Assembly: GCA_000934665.2 (NCBI GenBank)
Contig: KZ538300.1
Span: 1 to 64,000, forward strand
DNA length: 64,000 nucleotides
Source: Catajapyx aquilonaris
Lineage: Eukaryota
Direction: 5' to 3'
Shown here: positions 49,945-61,819 of the stretch, one piece after another
How the letters are laid out: every line of letters starts with the position of its first letter
Numbering within the stretch: position 1 is the first letter of the stretch
Notes under the pieces: generated by a model
Seen by the model: only the letters and a program-made list of their open reading frames with translations
Told to the model about the DNA's origin: nothing
Database searches by the model: none
Translations under genes and position numbers: made by a program

Positions 49945-52706
49945 ATGTTTGCACCAGTCGGAGTATTCCGCCGTCTAGAACTGGGCCATGTCAAGTTGAC
50001 AAAAAAGTTGGGGTTGCTTACTGCCGCATCGCCAATGCAAAGAAAACGACAAATACACCAACACCATGCAGAGAACCCTGCCGGCAATGTCCAGCGAGGG
50101 GCATGGGACGAAGAAGACACCTCAGAAACAAGTTACATGTCAAGCAACAGGGACGGGACAAATCTTTTCTGTCGCTATTGGAAACCTAAAGGAAAACCTC
50201 GGTTAGTTTCGAATAGACCTATGTTAGTCAAAGACGACTGATGCTTCTGTTTCTGCCAGAGCTCTGTTGTGTATATCTCACGGCTTAAGTGAGCATCTGA
50301 AGTGGTACAACCCTTTGGCAAAATCACTGGCCGAAGAAGAATGCCTTACTTTTGGACATGACCACGGTACAGATCTGCATGCGGTAAAATATAGCTTGGC
50401 AAAATTTATCCCGTAATTACCCGGCGTATTATTTGATTACAGTCGGACATGGAAAAAGTGACGGACTCCGAGTATACGTCGATTCTTTTGATTCGTATGA
50501 ACGCGACATTATCCAACATGTCTCTAAAATGAACAAAGCTTATCCAGGAGTTCCCATATACGGTCTAGGAGCAAGCATGGCAAGTCTTTCTCTTCATTTC
50601 ATTCTCTTTCATTTCAAGATCCGCAGTAATCAAGATGCCCAGATATTGCTTTAATTCACAGGGTGGGCTCATCATTTTGAATACTTTCTTGCGGCAACAG
50701 GGGATCTTCCAAGGGATGGTAACTCTATCACTAATGGTTTCACTGAGCAAGAAACGATTCACTGGATCTCGCAAGCTTGTAGTTAACCTACTTCGACTCG
50801 TTGCACCTAAGCTCGAAGTAGGTTGATGATATCAACACAGTTCTATACAGTAATGTTGAAAAGTCTTTAATGAAATTTAACAGATTCCTCGGTGAAATCT
50901 AACTTACAGATATCGAGGTTTAACCCATGGATACTCACTAGAGACACAGAAATGCATGGTCGCATGCAGGATGACCCTCTAATGTGGAAAGGAGGAGTGA
51001 GGGTGGCCCTCATTATAGGAATTATAAAATCATCGAAAGTAAGTATACTGACTACATCACCATCCATACTGATATCAGTATTAGGATACGGTTATCGAAT
51101 TATTCAGGCTCTAAAACGAGAACACCGGGAAAACTAATTACTCGGATTTATATTAATGTATACTTCTACCCTCTTGCCCTTAATGATCATTATTCATGGC
51201 AATATAATTATTATAACTTACTTCTCTAAAATAGTAGCCTACCTCATTCTACGCCAGGAATATTCATAATTCGGCGATATCTGTATGGTATTCTTGATAT
51301 ATTGCCTAATTACATAATGCTTTCCAATGTAACAGGAACTGAAGAAAAATTATGGTAAAATTGATGTGCCTCTCTGCATTCTTCACGGCGATACCGACCA
51401 ACTTTCCGATTTGTCCGGCTCTCAGGAACTGTACCACAAATCGGCAACTCAAGACAAGTTGCTTAAGGTTTGCAGTTTATATAATTGAAGGGGTTAGTGC
51501 CATAACGTGCTAAGCCACACTTTTGTGTTTTTTGAGCTTGCACGTGTCTGAAAGTCTCACCATCGTGCTTCACAAGTGGACATCACGTAGTTAGAAAAAT
51601 TCCCCATAGATCACGAGAAAATCACGAATAATGTTCCTTGTTTTGTATGATTTGCCATATTAAGCCAAACTTTTGAAAGCCCATATCTCAGAATGAAGGT
51701 TTTGTGGCTTAGCACGTTATGGCACTAACCCATTCAATTGGTGACGTTGTATCGCTATTTCTTAATGTGTTGAGCAATTTATTGCAGGCTCTTGAAATTT
51801 CAACACTTCAATAACAACCATGCTCAAGGCATTTTCATTTGGTTATTCCCTCTTTATAATAACTTAATGCAATGACGATACTCATGTGAATATTAATGTT
51901 TTATTGTATGACTTTTGCGTCATAAACAAAACAACCGGAAAAGCATATAGGATATAAGTTTGTTACATACGTAAGCATGGTGGCATTCACTTTAACTTTC
52001 CAAATGTGGGATATCAGAGGCATTACAACAAGGTCCTTAATCCACACTCGGAAGACCACATCAAACTTAATTAATGACCGCCGTAATATAAAAATTAAGG
52101 GGAGGCGAAGTGGCGCTGCGGTAACGTATGCGCCCGCGGCCGGGACCAACCCGGGGTTTCCTCCCTTCATCTCGCGCAGAGTAAGACCGTCTCTGGCTTC
52201 GTTTCGGGTGGCGATCCTTCCACATATGCCACCCGGGGGAGTTCACAAAACGGCACATCAACGTCTGTGCACACGCACTTTGCACATCCCCTCCCAGTTT
52301 CCCTGCCCGTGGGTCCGGGCGTATTCAAAAACAGACAACAGCCCTTTCCCTCCAATGCAATGGTGGTAATCCACCCCCCTATAGACGAAAAGGTCATCAC
52401 GGGGTACTTCAAAATATATATATAAAATTAAGCAATATGGCATGCTTTCATATAGGGATGATTCAGACTTCTCTACACTAAACTCACAAATGAGTATTAA
52501 AATCGTCGCTCTCATAGATTATGGTCGCTCTTTTGGCGAATGCCTCATTGTTGCTACATTTTTCATATACTGTACAGTGTGAATTATTTTATATTCTCAT
52601 CTAGATATACCCTGGAGCAAGGCATCAACTTCTGGCTGAAACTCCTCAGGTCCGTGAAGAAGTAATTCAGGATGTAACTAAATGGATCGGTTCAAGAATA
52701 ATTTGA
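49945..52706 (+). CDS. MGLL: Monoglyceride lipase-like, copy C
   Basis: Exons 49945-50201, 50260-50366, 50443-50579 (GC donor), 50662-50817, 50910-51038, 51336-51467, 52605-52706. Motifs [24 protein letters not shown]; frame intact. Confidence 0.9.
51487..51735. mobile_element. MITE with 4-bp AATT TSD (possibly Sola-like)
   Basis: AATT|GAAGGGGTTAGTGCCATAACGTGCTAAGCCACA...TGTGGCTTAGCACGTTATGGCACTAACCCATTC|AATT; absent from the equivalent intron of copy B. Confidence 0.8.
52100..52420 (+). mobile_element. SINE family B copy, B-box region disrupted
   Basis: GGGAGGCG.AGTGG.G.TGCGGTAACG head and CCCTTCATCTCG, CTCTGGCTTCGT.TCGGGTGG and CCACCCGGGGGAGTTCACAAAA blocks shared with 47822-48123; AAAATTAAG repeated at both flanks. 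Confidence 0.78.
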
Positions 52707-53791
52707 GAGCTTATTAGGGAAATCCCATGGAGACGCAATAAAGAATGACCTATGAACATCAGCACCGTTACAAGTAAGAGTAATGGTGAAGCTGCGTCCA
52801 CGTAAACCTGAAAATCTTACAGACAAGCACCAGGTTCCCGAGGATACCTATACGTACAACCTCCCCTGCTGGTGTTATCTTCCACATGCTTTTGAGGAGT
52901 GGGAGGTCGGAGATGGCATCAAGGAGAAAATATCGTATATACAGGGTTTCAAAAACTATGAAAATGTTCGATTTTTGTGTGATTTGGAGGGGATAATTCG
53001 CTGGCAATTTCGGATTCATAATGGCGTGGCCACACAGGCTGGTTCAGTCCCATAATCTTCCTCTAAGTACCTGGGGTCAATAAGGCCCCTTAATGAACGA
53101 GAAAATGCTGACTTGTCAGTTAACTCAAATTGCGAATTACTCTCCGATTTGGAGTTCAAACCTCCCCATCCATGAGGTTACATTTAATATGAATGGTTAA
53201 ATGATTTTTACCAAAATGTTAAACGATAATTTGCAATTCCCTCATTTCGGATTCATATTGTGTAATAAGTGTAATAATTTGGCTCCATCGCAAATGGATC
53301 TGGTATCCTCAGTATTGTCGTCATACTTTATCAATAAATTAACTAATCTGGACTGATGTACAAATCTGGGGCTGCAAAGAAATTTACAGCCGTAAATTCA
53401 CATAATTTGCAAGCTTATTCTGCCTAACGTGATTAAAGACTGGAAGTCCGTGTCTGTCGCCCATTCATCAAACTAGCTACTACTTCCTGCCAATCATCAC
53501 ATGGAGGACTCAGGCCTCGTTCAAGAATGCTGCTTGCGTGATTCGGAAAAAAAAGAAACTGTGGAAGACTTGAGCACCCTGCACTAAAAGCAGGGTGACC
53601 AAACTGATAGTCAAGCACTATATAGTTATATTATTGCTACACTGACAACGTTAAGAAAGCATATGATTACCTTGAAATAAAAGAACAACGGAGATAGGTA
53701 CCTTTTACTGCTCGAGGAAAGCTGAATCATGATATTTCACAATGGAGCATAAAGATCGGCTTCACACCTTCTGGACTACGTCCACGCAGTA

Positions 53792-55525
53792 ATGTTAACC
53801 ATGGCATTACTGCAGGCTGCTCGTCATTGCGCGTTGAGCAAAACCTTATGCTTGCGGTATGGAACTCTAACGAAATGTTACAGCGAAGAGGCATCTATAC
53901 CATTCCAACGAATCGCCTTTCATGGTAAAGAGGACGCATCTGAGTGCAAAGTGGGGGCTTTTCGTAATAGCAAGGGAACTAATCTTTTCTGCAAGTACTG
54001 GACACCTCATCGGGAACCACAGTAAGTATAATGAAATAAACCCATCTTCATTTCAAGTTTCCCTGTGTATTCTAGCTGGAAATAACTTCCAGGGCAATGG
54101 TATATATCGCGCACGGATTTGGAGAACATCTCCAGTGGTACAACCCTTTGGGACATTACTTAGCGGACAATGGTGTCTTGGTATTTGGACACGACTACGG
54201 TAACGTTGTCTTTGTGAATCATGGCGTGTGCGATGGTTATAGTGGACTATAACAACTTTCAGAGGGTCATGGTCTCAGTGAAGGAATCCGTGGAAGAACT
54301 GATTTTGCTCAGTTCAGCCGAGATATGATCCAGCATGTCGAAATGATGAAAAATCTGCATCCTGAAAGTCCCGTACTTGGGATTTCATTCAGTATAGTAA
54401 GTATTGGGTTTCTCATGGCTGCTATACCCCCATTTGGTTTGACACGAAGAGGCCCTATATTTTCTGTGAAACACGTATAGGGATGCGGGATACTTCTCAA
54501 AACGATAGTTCACAAGCCGGATATGTTGAAAGGCTTAGTGACCCTGTCTCCCATCATGGCAACTGGAGCCGCTTTTACTTTTTGGCGCGAATTACTTTTG
54601 AAAACCATGCTCAAACTTGCGCCACACATTCAGGTAAGAAGCAGTATAACTATCTCAGAGTGGCATTATTCATAATCACATGCTACCTCTTTACTTCTAG
54701 CTGGGCAAGTTCAATCCTAAGGCTCTCACAAGAGATGAAAAAGTACAAATGAGTTTGAGTCAAGATCCATTAATGTGGAAAGGGGGAGTTCCACTTTCTC
54801 TCATGTGGTCGATAATCGAAAACTATCTGGTATGTGCCTCATTACAAATCCTGTTGCTGATAGAAATTTATCGCCTTGCCCCCTTCCTGCGTCCTATACA
54901 TTTATAGCATACAAGTTAGACAGTGTATTGGAATTGTTTCTCATTCTCCAAGAGCAAAATAGTACAGGTTAGCGACTGAGAATAATAACAGGTCGTAAAA
55001 GTGTTAATAAAAATCTTGTCAACATCAAATATCTCCTTGATGGTATATCTACCTACTGAATATTGGCAACTGGGTATAACCTCAAGCGTCATTCCAGCAA
55101 GGGTCATATCAATCCTTTGTTCGCAGCACGTGCTGAGCAATTTGGAGAAGATTGACCTGCCTTTACTAATCATCCACGGAAATGATGATCGAATCCCCAA
55201 CATGTCAGGCTCTCGGAAGCTCCTTGAGGGGGCACGAACCCAAGACAAAACTCTGCAGGTTAGCTTTTTTCGCCTTATATCACAGGCTGTCATAAATCAA
55301 TGATGATCGGCCTGCCATCATTCCTTTGTCAGTTTTTTTATATGAGCAAAAAACTACCAGTTTGAGTAACATTCTTTGCCATGCCCTGGTTAATGAAGCG
55401 TTGCTTTATCTTTATAGATATACCCGAGAGCAAAGCATCATCTTCTGTTGGAAATACCCGATGTTCGAGAGAAGGTGATTCATGAAATAATGAAATGGAT
55501 GTTGCCCAAAATGACTGCCGTGTAG
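53792..55525 (+). CDS. MGLL: Monoglyceride lipase-like, copy D (divergent)
   Basis: Exons 53792-54021, 54093-54199, 54263-54396, 54481-54633, 54701-54829, 55127-55258, 55418-55525. Motifs HGFGEH, GHDYEGHGLSEG, elbow SFSIG, IHGNDDRI, YPRAKHHLLLE. Confidence 0.88.
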
Positions 55526-56944
55526 TTGATTATCCATCATCGTTAAGTTGTTATGGCTTAATAAAACGAAATGGTTACTGTACAATCTTGATGTTCATCT
55601 TTATAGGTGGTTGTAAAATAATCAGAAATTGCAATACACAAACCGCCTATTGCACAATAATTGTGAGCATATTAATCACTTCCGTAAACCTGTTGCACTG
55701 TAGAAACTCCATATATTATGACGACGTCGGGGGAAGAACGATCAAGGTCCACTTTTTGTCAAACATGAGTTACATACTTCACAAGATAGCCTAGTTCCAC
55801 TCGGTTTCACTATAGTGTAGAATATGGTGGTTTGGTCGTGGTTGTTGAGTAATGATCACTATGGAAGGCCCCGAAAGTGGGATTTACAATAGAACCTTAT
55901 GGGCCTTTGAAATTTGAATATCTCAGCCGTTTCACATGAGGTGGACCTCGATCGGTCTTCCCCCGAAGTCTTCATATGTAATGTAATGTGTCAGAAGCCA
56001 GAACAAAAGTATGTACTTCTAAGTCTAAAACCACGGTCTAATAAATTCAATTAATATTGCACTACATATGATTGAAATATTGTAGATGAAGAAACATTGC
56101 TGTACTGTGCTGGACTTGTATACAGAATGTCTCTTGCTAGTCGGAGATCTTCAGCTGTATATTCATAAACACCCTGACAGAAGAACATTGTACGTATACA
56201 GTATATAAGACCCAGTTTAATTTAAGTTAATTCAATTATAAGAACTTACTTGCACTTACGCAGTCAGTGTTAAAATAGTGACAGTGCAATGCATCGTTTA
56301 GCTAAATAACATTTGGACACTACTTATATTCAACACTTTTTAAAGTTTTAATTAGAGCAGGTCAGAAATTGATAAATCTCCTCCATTAGGCTTGAAAAAT
56401 TAAATAATCTGAACTTTAAACAAAGTAAAACATGTTTTATCGCTCTATTTTTATAAGCCATTTTATATTTCTCAGATTAGTCGCTAAGACCCAAGGTCTG
56501 TATATACGTTAACAAGTAATAAGACATGCTAAACAACACGCAACGATATCGCTGATCCTGTTCATGGGTTTCGACTAGGGGCTTGGATACCATCATCTTT
56601 ATAAATTCTTTAGGATAACAAAACAAAAAAATGCAGGTCATGGTGGACAAGCAGGTAATCACATAATTATTACATCGCACGCCTGATATACGTTCATATA
56701 AATGATGACTGGAATAGTGCTGTATATATATATAGATGCTGTTCTCGTCCCCTCCTGGGCACACATTTCGTGGAAACCGTTCTGTGACCTGTGGAATAGT
56801 GTGGATTGGTCCGAACAGAATAATAAACTCCGAATTACATGCTCGCTCTCATACGAATGTTCACACTAAGCACGGGTTAATTTGCCTGCTACGCGTCCGC
56901 AAGTATATAGTTGTCAAATTCCTGACTGATATCTCGGAAGAAGC

Positions 56945-58879
56945 ATGTTGGTTCAAGCAACGCTCTTTACTTCTAGTGTCGTTTTCGTGTCGTGGGCTTT
57001 AATCCAAACCTCGCCTCCGAAGAATGAAGTTAGTGGTGACGTGTACATTTATGAACTCATCACTCGTGTTTTGACCGAGCAATTATTCACAGAGTGTTCC
57101 TTGGTCTTTGCTCATTCAGAGCCATTTATGCGGCCAATCCTGGTTCGGATAGTGAGTGAGCGTAACCTGAACTACACCTTCACCAACGTGGTTCATGCGG
57201 TCAGCCAAAGGAAAGATCTCTCTGAGGTCAACAATTTTCGAACCATACCGCTGGAGGTGAGGTCACGGGACTGGGTAGGCAACTCGTGTACTTTGCATGT
57301 GCTTTTTGGAGACAACCCAAATGACATAGGAAGACTCGTCATTCACACGGCAGCCACGGTGTGGGTCAGGAACCTGCTGGACTATTTCGTGCTGTGGATG
57401 TCGGGCGACGGAGCCATGGAGAGAATGTTGATGTCTCCGCCGGTCAGTGGCATTCGGTTCAAAGTGGGTGTGACGCACAACGGCACCGCTATCCAAATGC
57501 GAACTGTGTGCTTCTTCTGCGACCACGGGAGACCCAAGATGGTCACCATATATCCAAATGCCGCCATATTTCCAGACTACTCGTGGCCCCTGAATGGTAA
57601 CTACTTGAGGATTGCATTCTTCAGGGAGGTTGACGTGAGAGAAATTTTGGGCAACGTCGCCAAGTACGGCCTGCGCAGCCTGCATCCCGTTGACAGATCT
57701 CTGTATGAAATCAGCCTGGTAGGCGAGTTCACCTGGGAGATATACGAAATGATGTCCGCCAGCACTGTGCTCGAATTTCAGCTGGACAACGGCACCTGGG
57801 TCGGTTCCACAGGAGAAGTGCTGCGGGGATATGCAAACTTCTCATTAATGGCATTTCACACGCCACTCTCTATTCAGACCACCAATGCACTGTATCCCGT
57901 GTATTTAGTCACTTTGAGTATCGTGGCAAGACGACCATCGCCTCTTCTTCGTTGGGCCGCTCTTATCCAGCCCCTCTCGGTATGGGTTTGGATCCTAACC
58001 ATGTTAGCATCGGTGCTAGCCACGGTGGTCCTCGCATTCTTCCTCATTCAAGAGTGGTCGGTGCCCCGCAGAGCCCGGATTCTCATGTATTCCGTCCGGT
58101 ACGTCAGTAGAATGATGGTGGAACAGCCTCTCTCCCTGGGTGATTTCCAAGCGTCCAGAACCTTCGCCGCTTTCCTATGCTGCTTTGCTCTCGTGCTCCT
58201 GTGTTCTTACAGGAGCAAACTAGTGGTCCTACTGTCCCATCCTCCGATGGAGTTTGTGCCTTCAAACCTGGAGGAGCTTCTGGATTCAGATTTCAAGTAC
58301 GGCATTTACTTTGTGCACGGAATCCTCATGCAGAACGTCCTAGTTGAGAACCCTTTTCCACTCTGGGTTCGATTTCATAACCAATCCGTCAAGACAGGAA
58401 CCCTGGAGGAGTGCGTGCGTCTCAGCCTGGAGAAAAACTTCGCATGTATGGGCATCACGTACCTCTTCCTGTCCGTTCTCGCGACGCACGTGTCCTCCGA
58501 CGGACGTCCTACCCTCATCATGTCACCAACGGATTATACGATGAACACCTCACCCGTTTTCCCGAGAGACGCGGTGTACAAGGAACGCTTCGAACAGAAC
58601 CTGAGGCTGTTGATGGGCGAGACAGGCTTGTGGGACCAAATGGAGAAGGAATTTGTGCACTTCCACCTTCTCAGGACTCTGAGTCGCAACAGAGATGAAA
58701 ATGTCGGTAATGAAGAGGATCATGAACGAAAGCCATTGGAAATTAACAACCTCGTCGCCGTTTTTATTCTTTTGGGCACTGGTTATGCCATTGCAGTCAT
58801 ATCATTTGGGATCGAGTGCTTCAAGAGGGCTGAAGAAGAATTGGCTGTTGGGCCTGTATTGGGCATGGTCGGTCAATAA
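56945..58879 (+). CDS. Intronless divergent ionotropic receptor (IR, variant iGluR family), 644 aa
   Basis: Hydrophobic N-terminus, S1 motif NGTWVGSTGEVLRGYANFS, PLSVWVW before M1, SYRSKL (SYTANL-like helix), LEELL, and terminal TM PLEINNLVAVFILLGTGYAIAVISFGIE. A single-exon structure is typical of divergent IRs. Confidence 0.88.
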   Translation: MLVQATLFTSSVVFVSWALIQTSPPKNEVSGDVYIYELITRVLTEQLFTECSLVFAHSEPFMRPILVRIVSERNLNYTFTNVVHAVSQRKDLSEVNNFRTIPLEVRSRDWVGNSCTLHVLFGDNPNDIGRLVIHTAATVWVRNLLDYFVLWMSGDGAMERMLMSPPVSGIRFKVGVTHNGTAIQMRTVCFFCDHGRPKMVTIYPNAAIFPDYSWPLNGNYLRIAFFREVDVREILGNVAKYGLRSLHPVDRSLYEISLVGEFTWEIYEMMSASTVLEFQLDNGTWVGSTGEVLRGYANFSLMAFHTPLSIQTTNALYPVYLVTLSIVARRPSPLLRWAALIQPLSVWVWILTMLASVLATVVLAFFLIQEWSVPRRARILMYSVRYVSRMMVEQPLSLGDFQASRTFAAFLCCFALVLLCSYRSKLVVLLSHPPMEFVPSNLEELLDSDFKYGIYFVHGILMQNVLVENPFPLWVRFHNQSVKTGTLEECVRLSLEKNFACMGITYLFLSVLATHVSSDGRPTLIMSPTDYTMNTSPVFPRDAVYKERFEQNLRLLMGETGLWDQMEKEFVHFHLLRTLSRNRDENVGNEEDHERKPLEINNLVAVFILLGTGYAIAVISFGIECFKRAEEELAVGPVLGMVGQ

Positions 58880-61433
58880 ATTCCGAATAAGTGTAAGGAA
58901 GAGAAATGCTCCGTATCCTACTGTCTTTTTGCGATAAAGCAATATTATCAAACATACCAATATGTATACGTAGTTAATTCGCCAAAATTGCTGAACAGTC
59001 TAATATGTTTGATAAAATACATGTCGCCATATCTTCTCATCAATCTGCCGAATGTTTTATGCCAATAATTTACTAACAAAATGCGAAGAGTTGGTGCAGT
59101 CATATAAGCCATTTCTCTCATACAAAGTGATACACCCTTATAAGAGTGATTCGCTCACAATAGTCAGGGTATTTGATTTTAAAAATATTCGCTCAGTGGA
59201 TCTTATTATAAGTGTTACAGAAGTATACTGCACAATGTGCCATGTTTCATATCGCTTATGATTTCCATCTCTAATTACTTCAGATTTAGCATTACAGTGA
59301 CATCGACTAATCCGTGAATAAAAATAATACCCGTACTTTTTAACGAGGTCTTGTTAAAAGCTGTGTCTTTATTTCAAAATAAGGAGCAATCATTTTGGTG
59401 TAGGGTCTCGTAAAACATGATACTAAATGAGTACAGAAAGTATAGAAAATTTTATGACACATTACGTGCTATCATGAGGCAGTGGCAGATTACAAATGGG
59501 TGTATACAGACGATTAAGCAATGTAAACTGCAGTGTCACACTCCCTGTCAGATAGGTAAGATGCATACTACGAATACGTCGTCTGCAAAAATTATATGAC
59601 ACAATTAACGTGGAGTAATGACACCATCACGAAAATTAATGAGCACGACCTTGATATTGATCTTTACTGGCGAGAGAAAACTGCATTAGTCGCACAAGAA
59701 TTAGTACCGTGAATAATTGACCTTTCAGTGGCGTAGCTGCGTATCAAGCTTTCACATTACACATATGTTTTTATTTCCTCCTGAATAGGAGAAACCTCCC
59801 GGCAACTTTCATTGTCAGGGAAAGGTATTTCCTGATCATTAAGTAACACCCACATTTTTCTCCTTTCAAAGCAGAACACCAAGCATTGTACTTGTCATGG
59901 TTGCTTGATATGCATGCCAATTCAACCTTTGGAAAACTCAAATGCACAGGAAAATGTTCCCTCGCGATGATTTTTGTTGTTGTGTGTGTCATGGACTCGG
60001 TACGGATTATAGAATGCGCAGGACAATGCCCTCTATTTCTATTGCTATTGTAAATGTCCCTGTTTATTCTGCGGGTGACTCCCAGGGAAAAATATTCAGG
60101 ACATAATCGTGTGAGAAGGAGGGCATTTGTTACATTTTCCATTGTCTCTCTGTTACTCAGAGTCCCAAGAGGATGTCCTAATCTCCTGACCCACCCCCCC
60201 ATCTTTACTGAGATATAATTATTACTGTACTCTAATCACCACGTCACCATAGCAGCAAGCTAAATACATTGTCATGCGACATTTCAATATTGTTCCCATT
60301 TGTTAGAATAAAAATTTATGGGATAACATTTGCCTTGTTGTTTAGTATTGGCGTCTTCGAGCGTCGGTATTATCCACAACATGGGACAATTTTTCAGGTT
60401 TGGTCTCTGCGGAGCATGCAGTAGCAGGTAATATTGTCAATTCTGTTAGAATGTAAGAACCATACATCTTGAGGGGAACATTACGAAGATTTTAAAGGTC
60501 GCTTCAGCATCTTACGATCCTTCAGCATTTTTTTAAAAGCCATACGTGGACGTCGAGAGCACAAATATGATGGGACCCATTAATAGCCACCGCATTAACA
60601 TACACGCTTCTTGAACTGATATTGAGTGGTAACATTATTTTATCGACATTTGGCGTGAAGAATGTAATCGCCACCGCATCTGTATCGTGCCTAAAGAACT
60701 ACGACCGCTTACTTTCCCGGTTATTAGTCACGCCCAGACTCTAGAGTCTAGAGTCTAGACATTTCCAAATCTCTGACGTAAGTGAGTGAAAAATTGTAAA
60801 CAAGCTAACTCAACGAGGGAACCAACATGATTACCGGGGAGCTCGGTGTGAAGTAAGATTCGGTGTCAAGGTCAAATTACACCTCGATTTTATTGCGTCG
60901 CGTGGTAATGACAGTGGATAGCCACCCAATATCGCCTCATAAAAGGCATGGAAGGAAAAACGAATGCATAAAATATTGTACTGGCAATTCCTGCACGGAA
61001 TATAGCCAAGTTTTGAGCCAAGTGCCATATAATACTCGGCTTCTATATACGAGAGCTTCAACCCCTTGCAACATTTTGTCATATCAGCACTCTGCCTTGG
61101 AATTGTATTAATCAAGTGGTCTTGCGGATTGCAACGACTAAAAATTTCCCATTCCTCCTTTTCCATCCCCTCCCTCCCCTTCTCCTAACCCCGACCCCGT
61201 ATTCCACTTTGATTATCCGAGCGTCCTTGGCGCCTTTTCTCCGTAATATCCATGCCAATGGAAGTCCTGGAATTCCCTCTCGTTCCAAAAGCCCCCGAGC
61301 CGCCACTCTATGGTACTATCACTCCTTTTAATCCGGATCTTCAACCGATATCATATCGCCAACTTCACAACCCTTCCACCTGTACAAGTACATATAGGCG
61401 AGTGATACCCCCCACTGAGTCAATAGCCAAATA

Positions 61434-61819
61434 ATGGGCAGTCTGGTCCGAATTGTGCATCCCATCCCCGCTGTCAGGTATCTGGGCAACAGTTGTGCAG
61501 TAAAGGCAGCGACACACTCGAGGGGTGTGGCCTACCGGCACACGCTTCCTCCTCGACGGCCTCGCCAATTCTCATGCCCAGCATTCGCCAGCATGCCGGC
61601 CGACAGTGCGGAGGTTGCGGCGCACGACTCGGCCATCAGGTCCGCCTCCATATCCACATCCAATTCCAGTGTCACCCCGACCTCGGTCACGCCTCACCAG
61701 GGAGCGCAGGTCATCACTGACCTGACCGAAAGCGGACAGCTGCCGGACTCCGGATACCTCCTGGGCAAGAACAAGAAGAAACTCTTCTGCCGATACTGGA
61801 AGCCGGAGAAGACGCCCAA
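61434..61819 (+). CDS. MGLL: Monoglyceride lipase-like, copy E, first coding exon (remainder presumably beyond the window)
   Basis: ORF ending [19 protein letters not shown] with donor CCCAA|GTATGT at the same position and phase as exon 1 of copies A-D. No second exon found before 64000. Confidence 0.75.

Noticed and set aside
52783..53055. 90-aa ORF downstream of lipase C
   Set aside because: The paralogous sequence after copy B (~46920-47045) does not keep the frame; likely 3' UTR or intergenic.
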